From the NCBI GenBank assembly GCA_025558095.1, contig JAIVFI010000030.1:248001-312000 (forward strand): a DNA stretch of 64,000 nt, read 5' to 3'. How positions within the stretch are numbered: position 1 is the first letter of the stretch; the number at the start of each line of letters is the position of its first letter. The position numbers were made by a program, and so were the translations under genes. This document shows, piece after piece, positions 1-11,771 of this stretch. The stretch is from Hyaloraphidium curvatum SAG 235-1. Taxonomy: Eukaryota > Fungi > Monoblepharomycota. The notes below the pieces were generated by a model that saw nothing but the letters and a program-made list of their open reading frames with translations, did not search any database and was not told where the DNA came from.

Positions 1-2041
1 AGGCTCGAGCGCGTATTCAAACACGATCTCGAGGTTCGTGGAGTAGAGTCGGCCAAGATAGCCAATGATGAAGTCCAATCTCTCGTCCGGACCTAATGGC
101 ATTCTGCGATTCGCCGATGACCCGATCAAGCCAATGTGCGAGCAATCTACGCCAAACCATCCACCTTTGCAGATAGTCCATAGCTGCACGGTGCATGCCG
201 CGGGAGTAGAAGTAGTCCAAAACGGCACCGTACATCTGCGGAAAGCTGAACCCAAGGCAGCTCAACCAGCACAGAAGACCAACCTTTCGAGGAGACAGGA
301 ACGCCTCGACGAAACTAGAACTGCAAGAATTCTTCGTCCTCAAAAGCTGTGCTGCCATTGCAAGGTCGGTAACAGCATAGATCCTGACAAGCGATTCATC
401 CACAAGCTGAGCTTCCTTGCCTGCATCGCCCGGCCCGTCGGCGGAAGCAGTTGCACTGCTCAACAGGCGCGCGACTCGGCGATCGGTTAGGAAACGGCAC
501 AACGCCGCAAGCGCCGATCGATCATCATTCGTGAGATCTGATGACGCCAAATGAGTAACGATGCGTAGGACGGAGAGCGTACTCACCAGAGACAAGGCCG
601 GCGTCTTCGAGCTGCGGATAGAGTTGCAAAACCATGCCAACAGGCACGTGCAGCTCCTGAAAGAGACTCATGGCATTCTCGTAGTCGTGCTGGACCGAGA
701 ACAAGTAGTGTGCCTGGAGCAGTCGTATCCGATGGATCTCTGCGTCCTACCAAAAGACGGTCAAGTGCAATAGCGTGCGCCGATATCCAGCGCTAACCTT
801 TCCTTGCTCCGTCATGTCGCTCCGTTGAAGCAGATCAGCTGCTTCTTCGTAGCTGTGCCGTGAAGTGAGTGCTTGCACCTACGACGGGGCGCGTTCAGCA
901 TCGGTAATGCCGGCAAAGTGAACAACGACACACCTGCTCTTCAAGCGAAACCACTCGGACGCTGTACAGCGATCGCATGGCAAGCACGAGGAAGCCGGAC
1001 TCGGTTCCGTGCAAAGCTAAGCCGCCTTCGATGGCATCCGTCTGGAGAAGCTCCCCGTCCGCGACAGATCGCACTTCGATACGATCCTTTGCCGCCGCAG
1101 CGCAACCCATGACCGTGAAAGCTCGAAAGTCGTCAGATATCTGGAACCCGTGAACACCGCATAGTACCAACTCAAATCTCGCGGGTGACAGGTCCATCGG
1201 ATGTGAGTCTCGGGCACGGCAGCTTCCCTAGACAGCAACAGGGTCGTTTCTAGATCAATCGGGTCAAGATGGAACAGTTTCGACCTAAAATGCCGAAGCT
1301 AACCTTGCCGAGTTATGGCCAAACTCCCTGATGTCCCCATAGGCGAGAAGATCACGTCTCCGGATTGTGGAAGTGATGATGGGAGCTTGAAATACTCCAC
1401 AACATAGGTATCGGCGTTTGCCAGGGCATACTGGTCTCCGAGCCCCACGCAGAGGGTGGCACTGTCAACCCACGACAGCGAGTTTGGCAGCCCGATGATG
1501 GCGACATCCTGCGAGACCACACATGTCAACGAATGTGCTACGTTGAACGACAAGCAGTAAAACCTTGCGGGTGCGTCTGCTCTCGGCGTCGAAGACAACG
1601 ATCCTGTTCCTGACGGAGGCGTAGAGAAAGGGTCTGTTCGGGTCCAGAGCCAAAAGCTTCGTTCCGCGAAGTCCATCGGCAATGTGCACGGGTTTCAAGG
1701 AGTGGACATCGTGCAACGTCACATTGCCGTCTACAGGCTGTGTCAGGGCAACCGACTTGTCCGTTGCGACGGGGTCCACCTTGAACAACCCAAAGCGAGT
1801 CTGGGCCCCAGTCAGCGCGGCTAATCTGGTCGACCTTCGCCCGAACAGGGAATCGCCACGCGCATCTGAGCGCAACCGCCTCCTCGCCGTGTGAGGTGTT
1901 CAGCTCATAGTCCAGAAGGGCGCCGTCCGCAGTCCCCAAGAACACACGAGACCGAGTCCCCCCGCCATCGGGTAGAGTTGCATAGCAAAGAGCGGAGAGC
2001 TCTGTTGGAAGGTCCAAAAGCAGCTCCGCAAGCTCAAACAT
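1..2041 (-). CDS. Vps39/Vam6-like (CNH + Vps39 domain) tethering-complex subunit, multi-exon, runs off the window start
   Basis: ATG at 2041 (MFELAELLLDLP..VFLGTADGALLDY) followed by CNH-like exons. ORF 17..640 has LVDESLVRIY...LLRTKNSC...LDYFYSRGMHRAAMDYL, resembling the Vps39_1 domain. Could be the TGFBRAP1/Vps3 paralogue. Confidence 0.7.
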
Positions 2042-2110
2042 CCGCAATCCGCGGGTGGTATACTGCTGGGCGACGCGATCGACGACGCGATCGGCCGCCA
2101 CAAAGCAAAC

Positions 2111-4333
2111 ATGGCAGGGGAGCCGTCTCCGACGCGAAAGAGGAAGCACGACGCCACGGAAGATGGCGATGGAGGGCGAGATACCGAGAGGCGCCGCATT
2201 GAGAGGCGTGCGGACGAGAGTGGAGCGGAAGAAGCGCTGGTCAACCCCGATACCTACTTGGACACTGCGAGTTCCGTTGCTCAACATTCAGGTTTGCGCT
2301 AACGGCGGTTTGTTCCAGGTCGACCGACACATGTAGGGCTCCAGGAAGAAATTGGGCGGCGTGGCTCTGAACGTTCATTCTGGTTGTTGGAAGGCTCGAC
2401 TTTGACTTCGAGAAAGTGTGCTCCGTCTCCCTCTCCAACCTGAATGTCTACGCTTGCCTCGTCTGTGGAAAGTACTACCAAGGTGGACTGTGTCGCTATT
2501 GCCGGAGGCTGTAGCGAGCTCATCGCCCGCGCCTTGCCGCAGGCCGAGGTGTGTCGTCCCACGCGTATTTCCACAGCGTGCACGACGACCACCACGTTTT
2601 CATCAACCTTCAGACGCTTAAGGTGATGGAGTCTGATCTCGTTGACCAGCAGTTGTTCATGGTGTCCTTGGCGCTTGCAGGTGTTCATTTTGCCAGATGG
2701 GTACGAAGTGAAGGACCGCTCTTTGAACGACATCAAGGTTCGACAGGGGCGTCGATGTCATCGGGGCCATTTGCGCTGAGCAAACGACTATCTGCAGTTC
2801 GCTCTGCAGCCTACGTTTACGGCGTCGGAGGTCGCGCAGCTTGACAGCTCCTCACAGCCTTCCTACGATCTGAACAACAAACCATACCTACCGGGTAAAT
2901 GCCCGCAGGTCCGAGCCAGTGCTGATGCTGACCGAAGCCAACGGTCATAGGCTTCGTAGGTCTCAACAACATCAAGGCCAACGACTTCATCAATGCTGTT
3001 GTACAAGGCTTGGCCCATGCCACAGAGCTTCGTGACTTTTTCCTCCTCCAGAATCTCACGGGACGATCAGAACTTGGTGAGCCGCATGACGTTTCGATCT
3101 CGTCAAAACTGAGGCAGCATTGGCTGCAGTGCAACGTTTTGGCATGCTTCTTCGCAAGCTCTACAGCCCACGGGCCTTCAAGGGTCAAGTCAGTCCGCAC
3201 GAGTTTGTGCAGGTGAGAGGCGATCCTTCGGCTCAGAACGGTCCTAACGATATGCGGTGCACATCAGGAGGTATCCAATGCTAGCCAAAAGAAGTTTCGC
3301 TTGACGGAGCAATCTGATGTTGTCGAGTTCCTCCTGTGGTTCCTCAACAAGTTGCACCTGGATCTGGGTGGAACCAAGAAACCTGGCAGCAGTGTGTTGA
3401 GGCATCAGTCACACATTCCTTCGTAACCCTCCATGTCCTCAGGCACCGTACACAAGCTGTTCCAAGGGGAGTTGCGGATGTCAACAGAGGTACTTCCTGG
3501 CAAGGCCCCAGAACCTGTGGGGCAAGCTCAAGCCAGTAAGCATCACTGAGCGGAAAATGGAGGATGGTCTAATTTGCTATGGCAGAACAAGAGCAAAGCG
3601 TACCTTTCCTTGTGCTTGGTTTGGACCTTCCCCCTGCTCCCCTCTTCCAGGATGAAATGGAAAAAAACATCATTCCGCAAGTAGGCTACGGTCGTTGAGC
3701 TTTGCCTTGCTCTGCCTCACATTCTCACAGGTGCCATTGACAACGCTGCTTGCAAAGTACAATGGCTTGACAACTCTGGTATGTTTGCACCATCCAAGCT
3801 CCTTTTTGCTGATGATCAAACACTCAGGATGCTGGAGGTGTCCGAAAGCGCTACATCCTTACCAAGCTGCCAAGATACCTGGTTTTCCATGTGAAGCGGT
3901 TCACCAAGAACAACTTCACAATGGAGAAGAATCCGACCATTGTCAATTTTCCCATCAAGAGCCTGGACATGGCTGATTGTGAGTTGTACTCCTCTTCACC
4001 ATGCATTGTCTCATCATGTGGCACTTGGGATCCGCTGTAGTTCTTGATCCTGCAGCAGCAAGTGGAGGGAGCTTAAAGTACAATCTGGTGGCGAATATCT
4101 GCCATGAAGGGAAACCTGGACCAGGCAATGGGACCTACAAGGTCCACGTGTACAGCAAAGGGCGGGATCAGTGGTACCAGATCCAGGATCTGATTGTGGA
4201 GGAGATTCTGCCTCAGATGATATTCCTTTCTGAATCGTATCTCCAGGTGCGTGTTTGGTGCTGAGCATGCAATCCGTTGTTTCTCATGCAGTCCTTCTTC
4301 AAATTTCGAAACAAGATCTGGGAACAGCAGTAG
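2111..4333 (+). CDS. SAD1: U4/U6.U5 tri-snRNP protein Sad1/USP39, multi-exon
   Basis: Spliced YLDT|VDRHM|LDFDFEKVCSVSLSNLNVYACLVCGKYYQG (ZnF-UBP), VGLNNIKANDF, YNLVANICHEG, WYQIQDL..EEILPQMIFLSESYLQ|IWEQQ*. Confidence 0.93.
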
Positions 4334-5327
4334 CCTGCTGGGTGAATCACTCTTTTGTCATCTGGTGTGGGTATAATGCGTAGATCTAGATGTGCCGATC
4401 AAATTGAGGCCTGCTGTGTCCATTGGCTCCTTGAACGTTGGAAGTGAATGTTTTTTCTTCCATTTCCCGTGAGAAGGAGGACTGGAAGAAGGAGTATCAG
4501 GGGGAAGGCACGAGAGTTTGAGAAGGAGAGGAAGAAGCTGGAGAAGAAGCTGCGGAATATTGCGGAGCACAAGAACTCTGAGCTGCTGGATTGACTCTTC
4601 AGGCCATGCATGTGAGAGCCTAAGGGATACTACTGCTTGGGAAGACTTATGCGGGGCAGAAGGGCAAGTGTGCAAGCCCGTGCCCTTTGCGGAGCTGTTA
4701 TGCCACACAGTGTATACAAGGAGATGGTGGCCAGCGCCGAGTGCATGACCAAGATCAAGGAAGACCCCAGGCTCACGTTCCCATGCCACCGACCACTTCC
4801 CAAGGCCACGATCATGCCTTTTGGGAACCTGCTGCGCCCCATGACCCTCAACGAGCTCGAGAAGGTCCTGAAGTAACAAGGCTCTTGACGGCAGGGCAGC
4901 GGACAAGGATGGGATCAGGCTTGAGTTCGTCAAGTACAGGACCACTTTGCTGAAGTAAACAAAGCTGTTGTCGATCTCCTCAACGACGTGCTCAATGGCA
5001 TCAACGTGCAAGACTGGGGCCAGACACTGCTGGTAATGCTACACAAGAAGGGACCCAAGAACGTCGTGGCTGGCAACTACTGGGGCATCAGCATAGAGAG
5101 GGCATTGGAGAAGGTCTTTTCCCTGGTCTGAAACTCTTGGCTAGCTCCCTGGGTTGAGTGCAACAAGCTGCTGAAAGGCTCGCAGTTTGGATTCTGCGCA
5201 GGGAGGTCAACCCTTCATGCAGTGTTCCTTGCTGAGGTGCTCTTCTCGCTCCTTGGCCAACGCATGCAAGGAGAAGCTGATCATGGTTTGTAGATTTCAC
5301 AAAGGCTTTTGACACGGTGGAGCACCT

Positions 5328-5419
5328 TGTTGAGACACACTAGACCACTGAGCCAAAGAGTAGCGCACGTCGGTGGCATCCAGTAGCCTAGGCATCTAGG
5401 GCATGCACATCTCCCAACA
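5328..5419. mobile_element. 92-bp solo LTR (TRIM-sized)
   Basis: TGTTGAGA...TCCCAACA termini, flanked by 5-bp TSD CACCT (5323-5327 and 5420-5424); absent from the homologous position in LINE copy 2. Confidence 0.85.
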
Positions 5420-5702
5420 CACCTGAGGTTGTGGAAGAAGCTGGAGGAGATAGGTGTGCCCAAACAGATTGTTGACATGTTTGAGATGGCATCAGGATGG
5501 GACCAAGTGGGACTTCATCAAGTTCCTGACCGAGTGAAGCAGGGGGACCCCCTCCTCTCATCATATCACTGTTCTTCGTCTTGTTCATCAACAATATTGC
5601 TGCTTTCATGGAGGCCTTTGGTGCAAAGGGGATGGATCTGGGCATGGGGATCGAGGAGGAGGAGGATTAGGAGAGGATGGTCAGTCTAGCTTGCTGGCTT
5701 TG

Positions 5703-8700
5703 TGTTGGAATGGATTGTTGCTACGATTCTGTATCAATAGGGAGTCTATTGGCGTGTGGGGATACTTGGGTACGACCGGAGGGGTCATCTAGGGACTTGT
5801 CATCGCAAGGGAATGGACAACGGGTCAACGTGAAACTGTCCCTCTCCCCATCCCGTCCATCTGAGTTCTGACCCGGTTCAGACCACTGGGGCTACGTCTT
5901 CCCCACGCCCCATAGCCACTCCAACAGGTCTATGAGCCCAAAGGGTTGTGAAAGACGAAAGATGCGGCTGTGAAGTTGCCGGGTGGCGCACATAGCCGGG
6001 GGAGCCGCAATCTACCAACGCTGGTTCTGGAACTGCCTGGACAGGTTGGAGAACGCTGAAAGAGAGCGTGCTCAAGATGAGGAGCTTGCGGGATCGTGGA
6101 ATTGAGTTCACGATGGGAGGCAGAATATGGAGAGTGGTACAGGGGACCATTCTCAGGGAGGACGGAAGGAACCTCCGAGACTGGAAGCTTGCGATGGAAA
6201 AGAAGCTCCAGATAGAAGGACTGTTGCCCTACGTGACAGGAGCAATGGCAAAGCCAACTGTGGGTGTGGCAGGGGCCACGACCAAGGACATGGACGACTG
6301 GATTGCACACGACCAAGTGGCCCAGGGATTGATCCTGGAGACTCTACCAAGGGCACTGCAACGTGTATTCTTCTCTGTGGACACTGCCAGGGAGATCTGG
6401 GACGGTCTGGAGAGGAAATTCGCGAGGGAGAACGAACTCTGGAACACGTCTGAAGGCACAGCGGGACGGAGCGCCAATGAGGAGTGCCAGGGAGCACAAT
6501 CGACCGTGGAAACTCGAAGATCAGATGGAGGAGCATCCAAGGGAGGCCGAGATGGCGATGGAAAACGTGTCAGAGGTCAGAAACGACGCGGTGTCGAGCG
6601 AGGTGGTGATCAATCACGTGGAAGCACGAGAAACGCGTCGAGAAACGCTTGCTATATGTGTGGAGAGGTTGGGCATTACGCCAGGAATTGCTTACACCGC
6701 GGAAACGCGTGTCTTCGGTGCGGGGAACCTGGACACTGGGAGACACTCTGTAAGAGGATCGCGGAGACCAATGCGCGTGAGGAGAAGCAGATGGAGCTTA
6801 CCTTGGACGATAATCTGATCAAGGAGAACCTCGTGGATATGGTAGTGGCACTGGGAGTCAAGGATTGGAAGGAGAACGCGTTCCACGGGGAGGAGCGCGG
6901 GCGCGAAGTGCTGGAGGGTTCCAGGAAGGCAGCACACGTGAATGCTCTCGGGGACAGGACCATGGAGGAAAATAACGCGTCTAGGAACGTGTTGGAGGTC
7001 GAGGAACCACTTTTTGGAGAGGATGTTTGTGGCCTACGTGACTTTGGGACCACGAAGGGATCGGCGATGGCGGGCGGTATTCAGAAGACACAACTGAGGT
7101 TCTTGACAGGGAAGATCATCACTTTGATGGAGGATGCAAACATTGGAGATCGATGTGGAGCATTGCCATCGATTGAGAGCGTGGTGAAGATGGGATTCCT
7201 GGTGCTGTTGGGCCCAGAGGGTGGCAATATTCTTTCCCCAGAGGGTGAACTCATGGGAACACTGAGTTTGCACAACGGCTCGTATCAGATGAACGCAGAG
7301 ATCGTGGAGGATGATCCCTACCTTGCAGAGGGAGCTAGAGGCTCGGATTTCGAAGTACATGAGGTGTGTGACTTGACCAGAGGAGGGCCTGACTGTGGAA
7401 GTGGAAGTACCTTCAGCAGAGCTGAGAAATTGGACGCATCATATGGAGGGATGCAGCAGACACTCATGCAAGACGATTTGATCATGCTGGACAACCAGGG
7501 GGATTTGAATTTGGTTCAGAATGGAGATGCTGAAACAGATTTTGTTGCTGACTTGGGAAAGGAGACTAAAGATGCAAATGAACAGCTGCTTTGCGAACTT
7601 GACAGGGACATTTTGATGGAAGATCACTCCGAACCAGACATGATTCAGGAGGAGGTGGAGCTGCATGGAGAGTCTGTGAGATCTGATGCTTGCAACAAAC
7701 TGGATCCTGAGGGTGGTGAACCAGAGACAAAGGGTATTGGTGATACAGATGTTCTTGGGCACTGTACAGGGAACGACCCATTCCTGGAAGGAGCAGAAGA
7801 AAGCGATTCAGGGGGAGTGATGAAGGGTGACTCACTTTCTGGGAGACTTGCTGTTGGTGAATCACTTTCTGGGAGATGTGCTTTTGATCCAGTCAACACG
7901 GGACACGTGGAGGAGGTGTTGCAAGGACATCATCAGAGTGCTTTGCCAACAAGCTTGAAGGACAACTGGATGGACTCTAAAGGAGGAGAGCATGTGACCA
8001 ATGGAAGAGCCAGATACTCTAGGAAGACTCTGGAATGGTGGAAACTGACCAGGTGGAAGGACCTGGAGAAACCACGCATGCAATGGGACTGTTGAGCTTT
8101 GATTTAGATCAGCAGACCTTACGTGAAGGATCTGTGCAATGTGCAACGAGGCAGAACCAGTCTGTGTGCAGGAAACTAGCAAGAGGTGCATAACACTGTG
8201 ATGCAAATGACTGGACTTGAAGGACCAAAAATGGATAGCTAAGTTTGAGCATTTCAAAGCACTTCGGGGATTTGTGGAGATTTGAAAGTGAAACTGGAGA
8301 TTTCTCAGGGATTCTTGACAGGAGGGGAGTATTGAAAGTGACTTGATAATTGCAACTGGATAGCAACTGGAGAACATAACTGGGAGACAACTTTGCAACG
8401 AGGGGGAGTGTTGGAACCTATGCATTGCTACGTTGTTGGGATTGATATGCACTGGAGGGAATCTTGCAACAAGGGGGAGTGTTGGAATGGATTGTTGCTA
8501 CGATTCTGTATCAATAGGGAGTCTATTGGCGTGTGGGGATACTTGGGTACGACCGGAGGGGTCATCTAGGGACTTGTCATCGCAAGGGAATGGACAACGG
8601 GTCAACGTGAAACTGTCCCTCTCCCCATCCCGTCCATCTGAGTTCTGACCCGGTTCAGACCACTGGGGCTACGTCTTCCCCACGCCCCATAGCCACTCCA

Positions 8701-8703
8701 ACA
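5703..8703 (+). mobile_element. Non-autonomous copia-derived LTR retroelement (gag only)
   Basis: Apparently identical 224-bp LTRs 5703-5926 and 8480-8703 (TGTTGG...CCAACA), TSD CTTTG on both sides, GGTCTATGAGCCC PBS-like tract at 5927, PPT AAGGGGGAG at 8471. Confidence 0.93.
6068..8095 (+). CDS. Gag-like protein with two CCHC zinc knuckles and an acidic tail; no RT, IN or RNase H
   Basis: DW..HDQVAQGLI..L......TAREIWDGLERKF (copia gag), CYMCGEVGHYARNC, CLRCGEPGHWETLC. Confidence 0.85.
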   Translation: MLKMRSLRDRGIEFTMGGRIWRVVQGTILREDGRNLRDWKLAMEKKLQIEGLLPYVTGAMAKPTVGVAGATTKDMDDWIAHDQVAQGLILETLPRALQRVFFSVDTAREIWDGLERKFARENELWNTSEGTAGRSANEECQGAQSTVETRRSDGGASKGGRDGDGKRVRGQKRRGVERGGDQSRGSTRNASRNACYMCGEVGHYARNCLHRGNACLRCGEPGHWETLCKRIAETNAREEKQMELTLDDNLIKENLVDMVVALGVKDWKENAFHGEERGREVLEGSRKAAHVNALGDRTMEENNASRNVLEVEEPLFGEDVCGLRDFGTTKGSAMAGGIQKTQLRFLTGKIITLMEDANIGDRCGALPSIESVVKMGFLVLLGPEGGNILSPEGELMGTLSLHNGSYQMNAEIVEDDPYLAEGARGSDFEVHEVCDLTRGGPDCGSGSTFSRAEKLDASYGGMQQTLMQDDLIMLDNQGDLNLVQNGDAETDFVADLGKETKDANEQLLCELDRDILMEDHSEPDMIQEEVELHGESVRSDACNKLDPEGGEPETKGIGDTDVLGHCTGNDPFLEGAEESDSGGVMKGDSLSGRLAVGESLSGRCAFDPVNTGHVEEVLQGHHQSALPTSLKDNWMDSKGGEHVTNGRARYSRKTLEWWKLTRWKDLEKPRMQWDC

Positions 8704-8870
8704 CTTTGTTCTTTGCAGACGACACCACTTTGATCTCGAAGACGGTGAAGGATGCCGAGATGCAGCTGGATCTTCTGTCTGCATATGCCAGTGCAAATGG
8801 GCTGGAGATCAACGTCAGCAAAACAGAGTGGATGGCCAGGAGGATACCCCACCATGTGAAGCTCCTGTAC

Positions 8871-10975
8871 ACCTCAGACCACATGGCCCTGAGCCTGACC
8901 ATCAAGGCCAACCTCGTGCGACCAGCTGCGAAGGAGAACAAGCCGCACTGCAAGCCCGTGCCGTGCGACTTCCACTTCCTCGCAATAATGCGAAACCTCT
9001 ACGACGAGCCCTGGGTCAAGAAGGCGAGGCAATGCAAGAGTACGAGCAACTTCAAGCTGGATCCGACAAGTGCAACCGGCTCATCCAGATCATGGCAGTG
9101 GTGAACAAGGTCGTGAAGAAGAAGTACGACAAGGTCAGCGTACACGAAGAGGCGGACAAGTTCCTCAACGGCTTTGCGGACTCGGCAGAGAGGGGCCGAG
9201 ATCGATCGGAAGCTGTCACGTCACGCCTTCTTGAGCTGCGATCCCTCAAGGAGAAGGACGAGTGGAAGAAGGAGTACCAGGGGAAGATGCGGGAGCTGGA
9301 GAAGGAGCGGAAGAAGTTGGAGAAGAGGATGCGGAGGGTTGCGGAGCGAGAGAACTCCAAGCTGCTAGAGCGACTCTTCAGGTGAGAGCCTAAGGGGTAC
9401 TACCAGCTGCTTGGAAAGGCTCACGCAAGGCGCAAGGGCAACCCCGTGCCCTTTGCAGAGCTGGTGCGCCACATGGAGATGGTCGCCAGCGCCGAGTACG
9501 TGACCAAGATCGAGGAGGATCCAAGGCTCACGTTTCCACCACTTCCCAAGGCCACAATCACGGCTTCTGGAGACCTGCTGCGCCCCATCACCCTCAAGGA
9601 GCTGGAGAGGCAGGGTCTTGAAGAAGGCCCCCAACGGCAAGGCAAAGGACGAGGATGGGATCCGGCTCGAGTTCGTCAAGTACGGGACTGCAGTACTGAA
9701 GCAAGCTGTTGTCAACCTCCTCAACGACGTGCTCAATGGCGTCAAGATGGATGACTGGGGCCAGACACTGCTGGTGATGCTGCACAAGAAGGGGCCCAAG
9801 AACGTGGCTGGCAACTACCGAGGCATCAGCATAGAGAGGACGCTGGAGAAGTAAGGTCTTCTCCCTGGTCTCTAACGCTCGGCTAGCTCCCTGGGCTGAA
9901 TGCAACAAGCTGCTGGAAGGCTCGCAGTTTGGATTCCGTGCACGGAGATCGACCCTTCATGCAGTGTTCCTTGCCGAGGCACTCTTCTCCTTGGCCAAGG
10001 CACGCAAGGAGAAGCTGATCATGGTGTTTGTAGATTTCACAAAGGCTTTTGACACGGTGGAGCGCCCCAGGTTATGGCAGAAGCTGGAGGAGATGGGAGT
10101 ACCCAAACAGGTTGTTGACATGTTCGAGATGGCGTTCGGGCGCGTGTGGGGACGGCTGCGGGATGAAGTGTTGGAACCTATGCATTGCTACGTTGTTGGG
10201 ATTGATATGCACTGGAGGGAATCTTGCAACAAGGGGGAGTGTTGGAATGGATTGTTGCTTCGATTCTATCTCAATAGGGAGTCTATTGGCGTGTGGGGAT
10301 ACTTGGGTACGACCGGAGGGGTCATCTAGGGACTTGTCATCGCAAGGGAATGGACAACGGGTCAACGTGAAACTGTCCCTCTCCCCATCCCGTCCATCTG
10401 AGTTCTGACCCGGTTCAGACCACTGGGGCTACGTCTTCCCCACGCCCCATAGCCACTCCAACTGTAACACCAACATGAAGACGGGACCAAGTCAGACTTC
10501 ATTAAGTTCCTGACCGGAGTGAAGCAGGGGGACCCTCTCTCGTCGCTGTTCTTCATCTTGTTCATCAACGACATCACTGCTTTCATGGAGGCCAATGGTG
10601 CAAAAGGGATGGATCTGGGCATGGTGTCTGAGGAGGAAGAGGATCAGGAGAGGATGGTCAGCTTGCTGGCTCTGTTCTTTGCAGACGACACCACTTTGAT
10701 CTCGAAGACGGTGAAGGATGCCAAGATGCAGCCGGATCTTTTGTCTGCATATGCCAGTGCCAATGGGCTGGAGATCAACGTCAGCAAGACAGAGTGGATG
10801 GCCAGGAGGATACCTCACGGTGTAAAGCTCATGTACAGGGACCAGGAGCTTCACTTTTGGAGGATGTGTGACATGACCTTTGGCCACATCGGACCATCCC
10901 TGATCCGGGTGGAGAAGCACCGGAGGGATGTCCAAAAGTTGCTGTGCTCTGCGTTTGGCTTTTGCGTGGGCCTTT
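8871..10975 (+). mobile_element. Decayed LINE ORF2 fragment, copy 2 (end of APE domain to RT)
   Basis: Begins at SDHMALSLTI (APE C-terminal SDH). Then KAPNGKA..DGI, NYRGIS, QFGFR, FVDFTKAFDTV, GVKQGDPLSSLFFILFIND, FADD, GLEINVSKT. Stops and frameshifts present. Confidence 0.88.
10169..10475 (+). mobile_element. 307-bp solo LTR, long variant of the 5703-8703 family
   Basis: TGTTGG...CCAACA with TSD TGAAG (10164-10168 and 10476-10480); removing it restores RDEDGTKSDFIKFLTGVKQGD. Confidence 0.92.
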
Positions 10976-10986
10976 GAGTGTTATTA

Positions 10987-11100
10987 GTGGTTTACCAAAA
11001 ATCAGTTGTGGTTTGAAGAAAATCACTTGTGGTTTTAGGAAAATCATACGTGGTTTGTTGAAAAACGCCTGTGGCTCTCAGATTGTCAATTGTGGTTTAC
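10987..11100. repeat. Six-unit array with exact 21-bp period (GTGGTTT-n4-AAAATCA-like)
   Basis: GTGG cores start at 10987, 11008, 11029, 11050, 11071 and 11092. Confidence 0.85.
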
Positions 11101-11771
11101 ACGGACGGAGTGGGGGCGTGAGCAGCGGCAACCGCGCAACTTCGTTGATCCCCTGCATTCGCATCACACAACACAGATCTCGTCTCTTCTGCCTCCAACC
11201 CCCGTCCGCCGCCCTGCGCCGCCCTCCAGCGCCACCCGGCGCCCATCTGCCCCTCCTCCCGCTCGGCTGCCGCCTCTGCCGCTGCCGCCGCCTTGCCCTT
11301 GCCCCACCAAACCGCTGCACATGCACCCGGGCGCCGGCCAATGCAGCTGGGCCCAGTTTGACGCTTTTAGCGAGATGTGGGCGTATCTGGCGGCTGTGGT
11401 GCCATAGACAGCTGATCAGAACGCCGTGATTCGTACGCAGGAGAGGTCACGGAGTGAAGGGCGTGCGGCGCGTCACGTCCGCTCAATCAGACCCTGTTGC
11501 TGGGGATGGATGGATGTGTTTGGAGCCGTCGGATCGAGTTGGAGTTGGTCCTGGAGTTGGATGTTGGACTTGGATGGATGGGTGGATCTTGGCTAGACAA
11601 TAACCTAGGAGGGCGGCTCTAGGGAGAAGGGAATAACACAACAAACACCAGGAACGCCACCTGCCTCATCCGCACCTGTCTCTGGGCGCCTGCGACCAGG
11701 GGAACAAAGGATTAAGAGTCTCAACTGCTCTGACACGTGCCTGCTACCCCTGGAAGTCCGCCCGCGACAGG

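Larger units (their letters stand above)
4471..8870 (+). mobile_element. Decayed non-LTR retrotransposon (LINE) ORF2 fragment, copy 1, interrupted by a 92-bp solo LTR and a 3-kb LTR element
   Basis: Colinear with 9250-10840. RT motifs KKGPKN..NY.GIS, VDFTKAFDTV, VKQGDPL, and LALF|FADD split by the LTR element. Many frameshifts and stops. Confidence 0.85.

Noticed and set aside
10987-11100. 21-bp array (and the 13050-13400 repeats) as a CRISPR array
   Set aside because: No constant repeat with unique 30-40-bp spacers, no cas genes, and a eukaryotic context.
10944-11429. 161-aa ORF with heptad repeats as a real gene
   Set aside because: The periodicity is a by-product of the 21-bp DNA array and the rest is low complexity.
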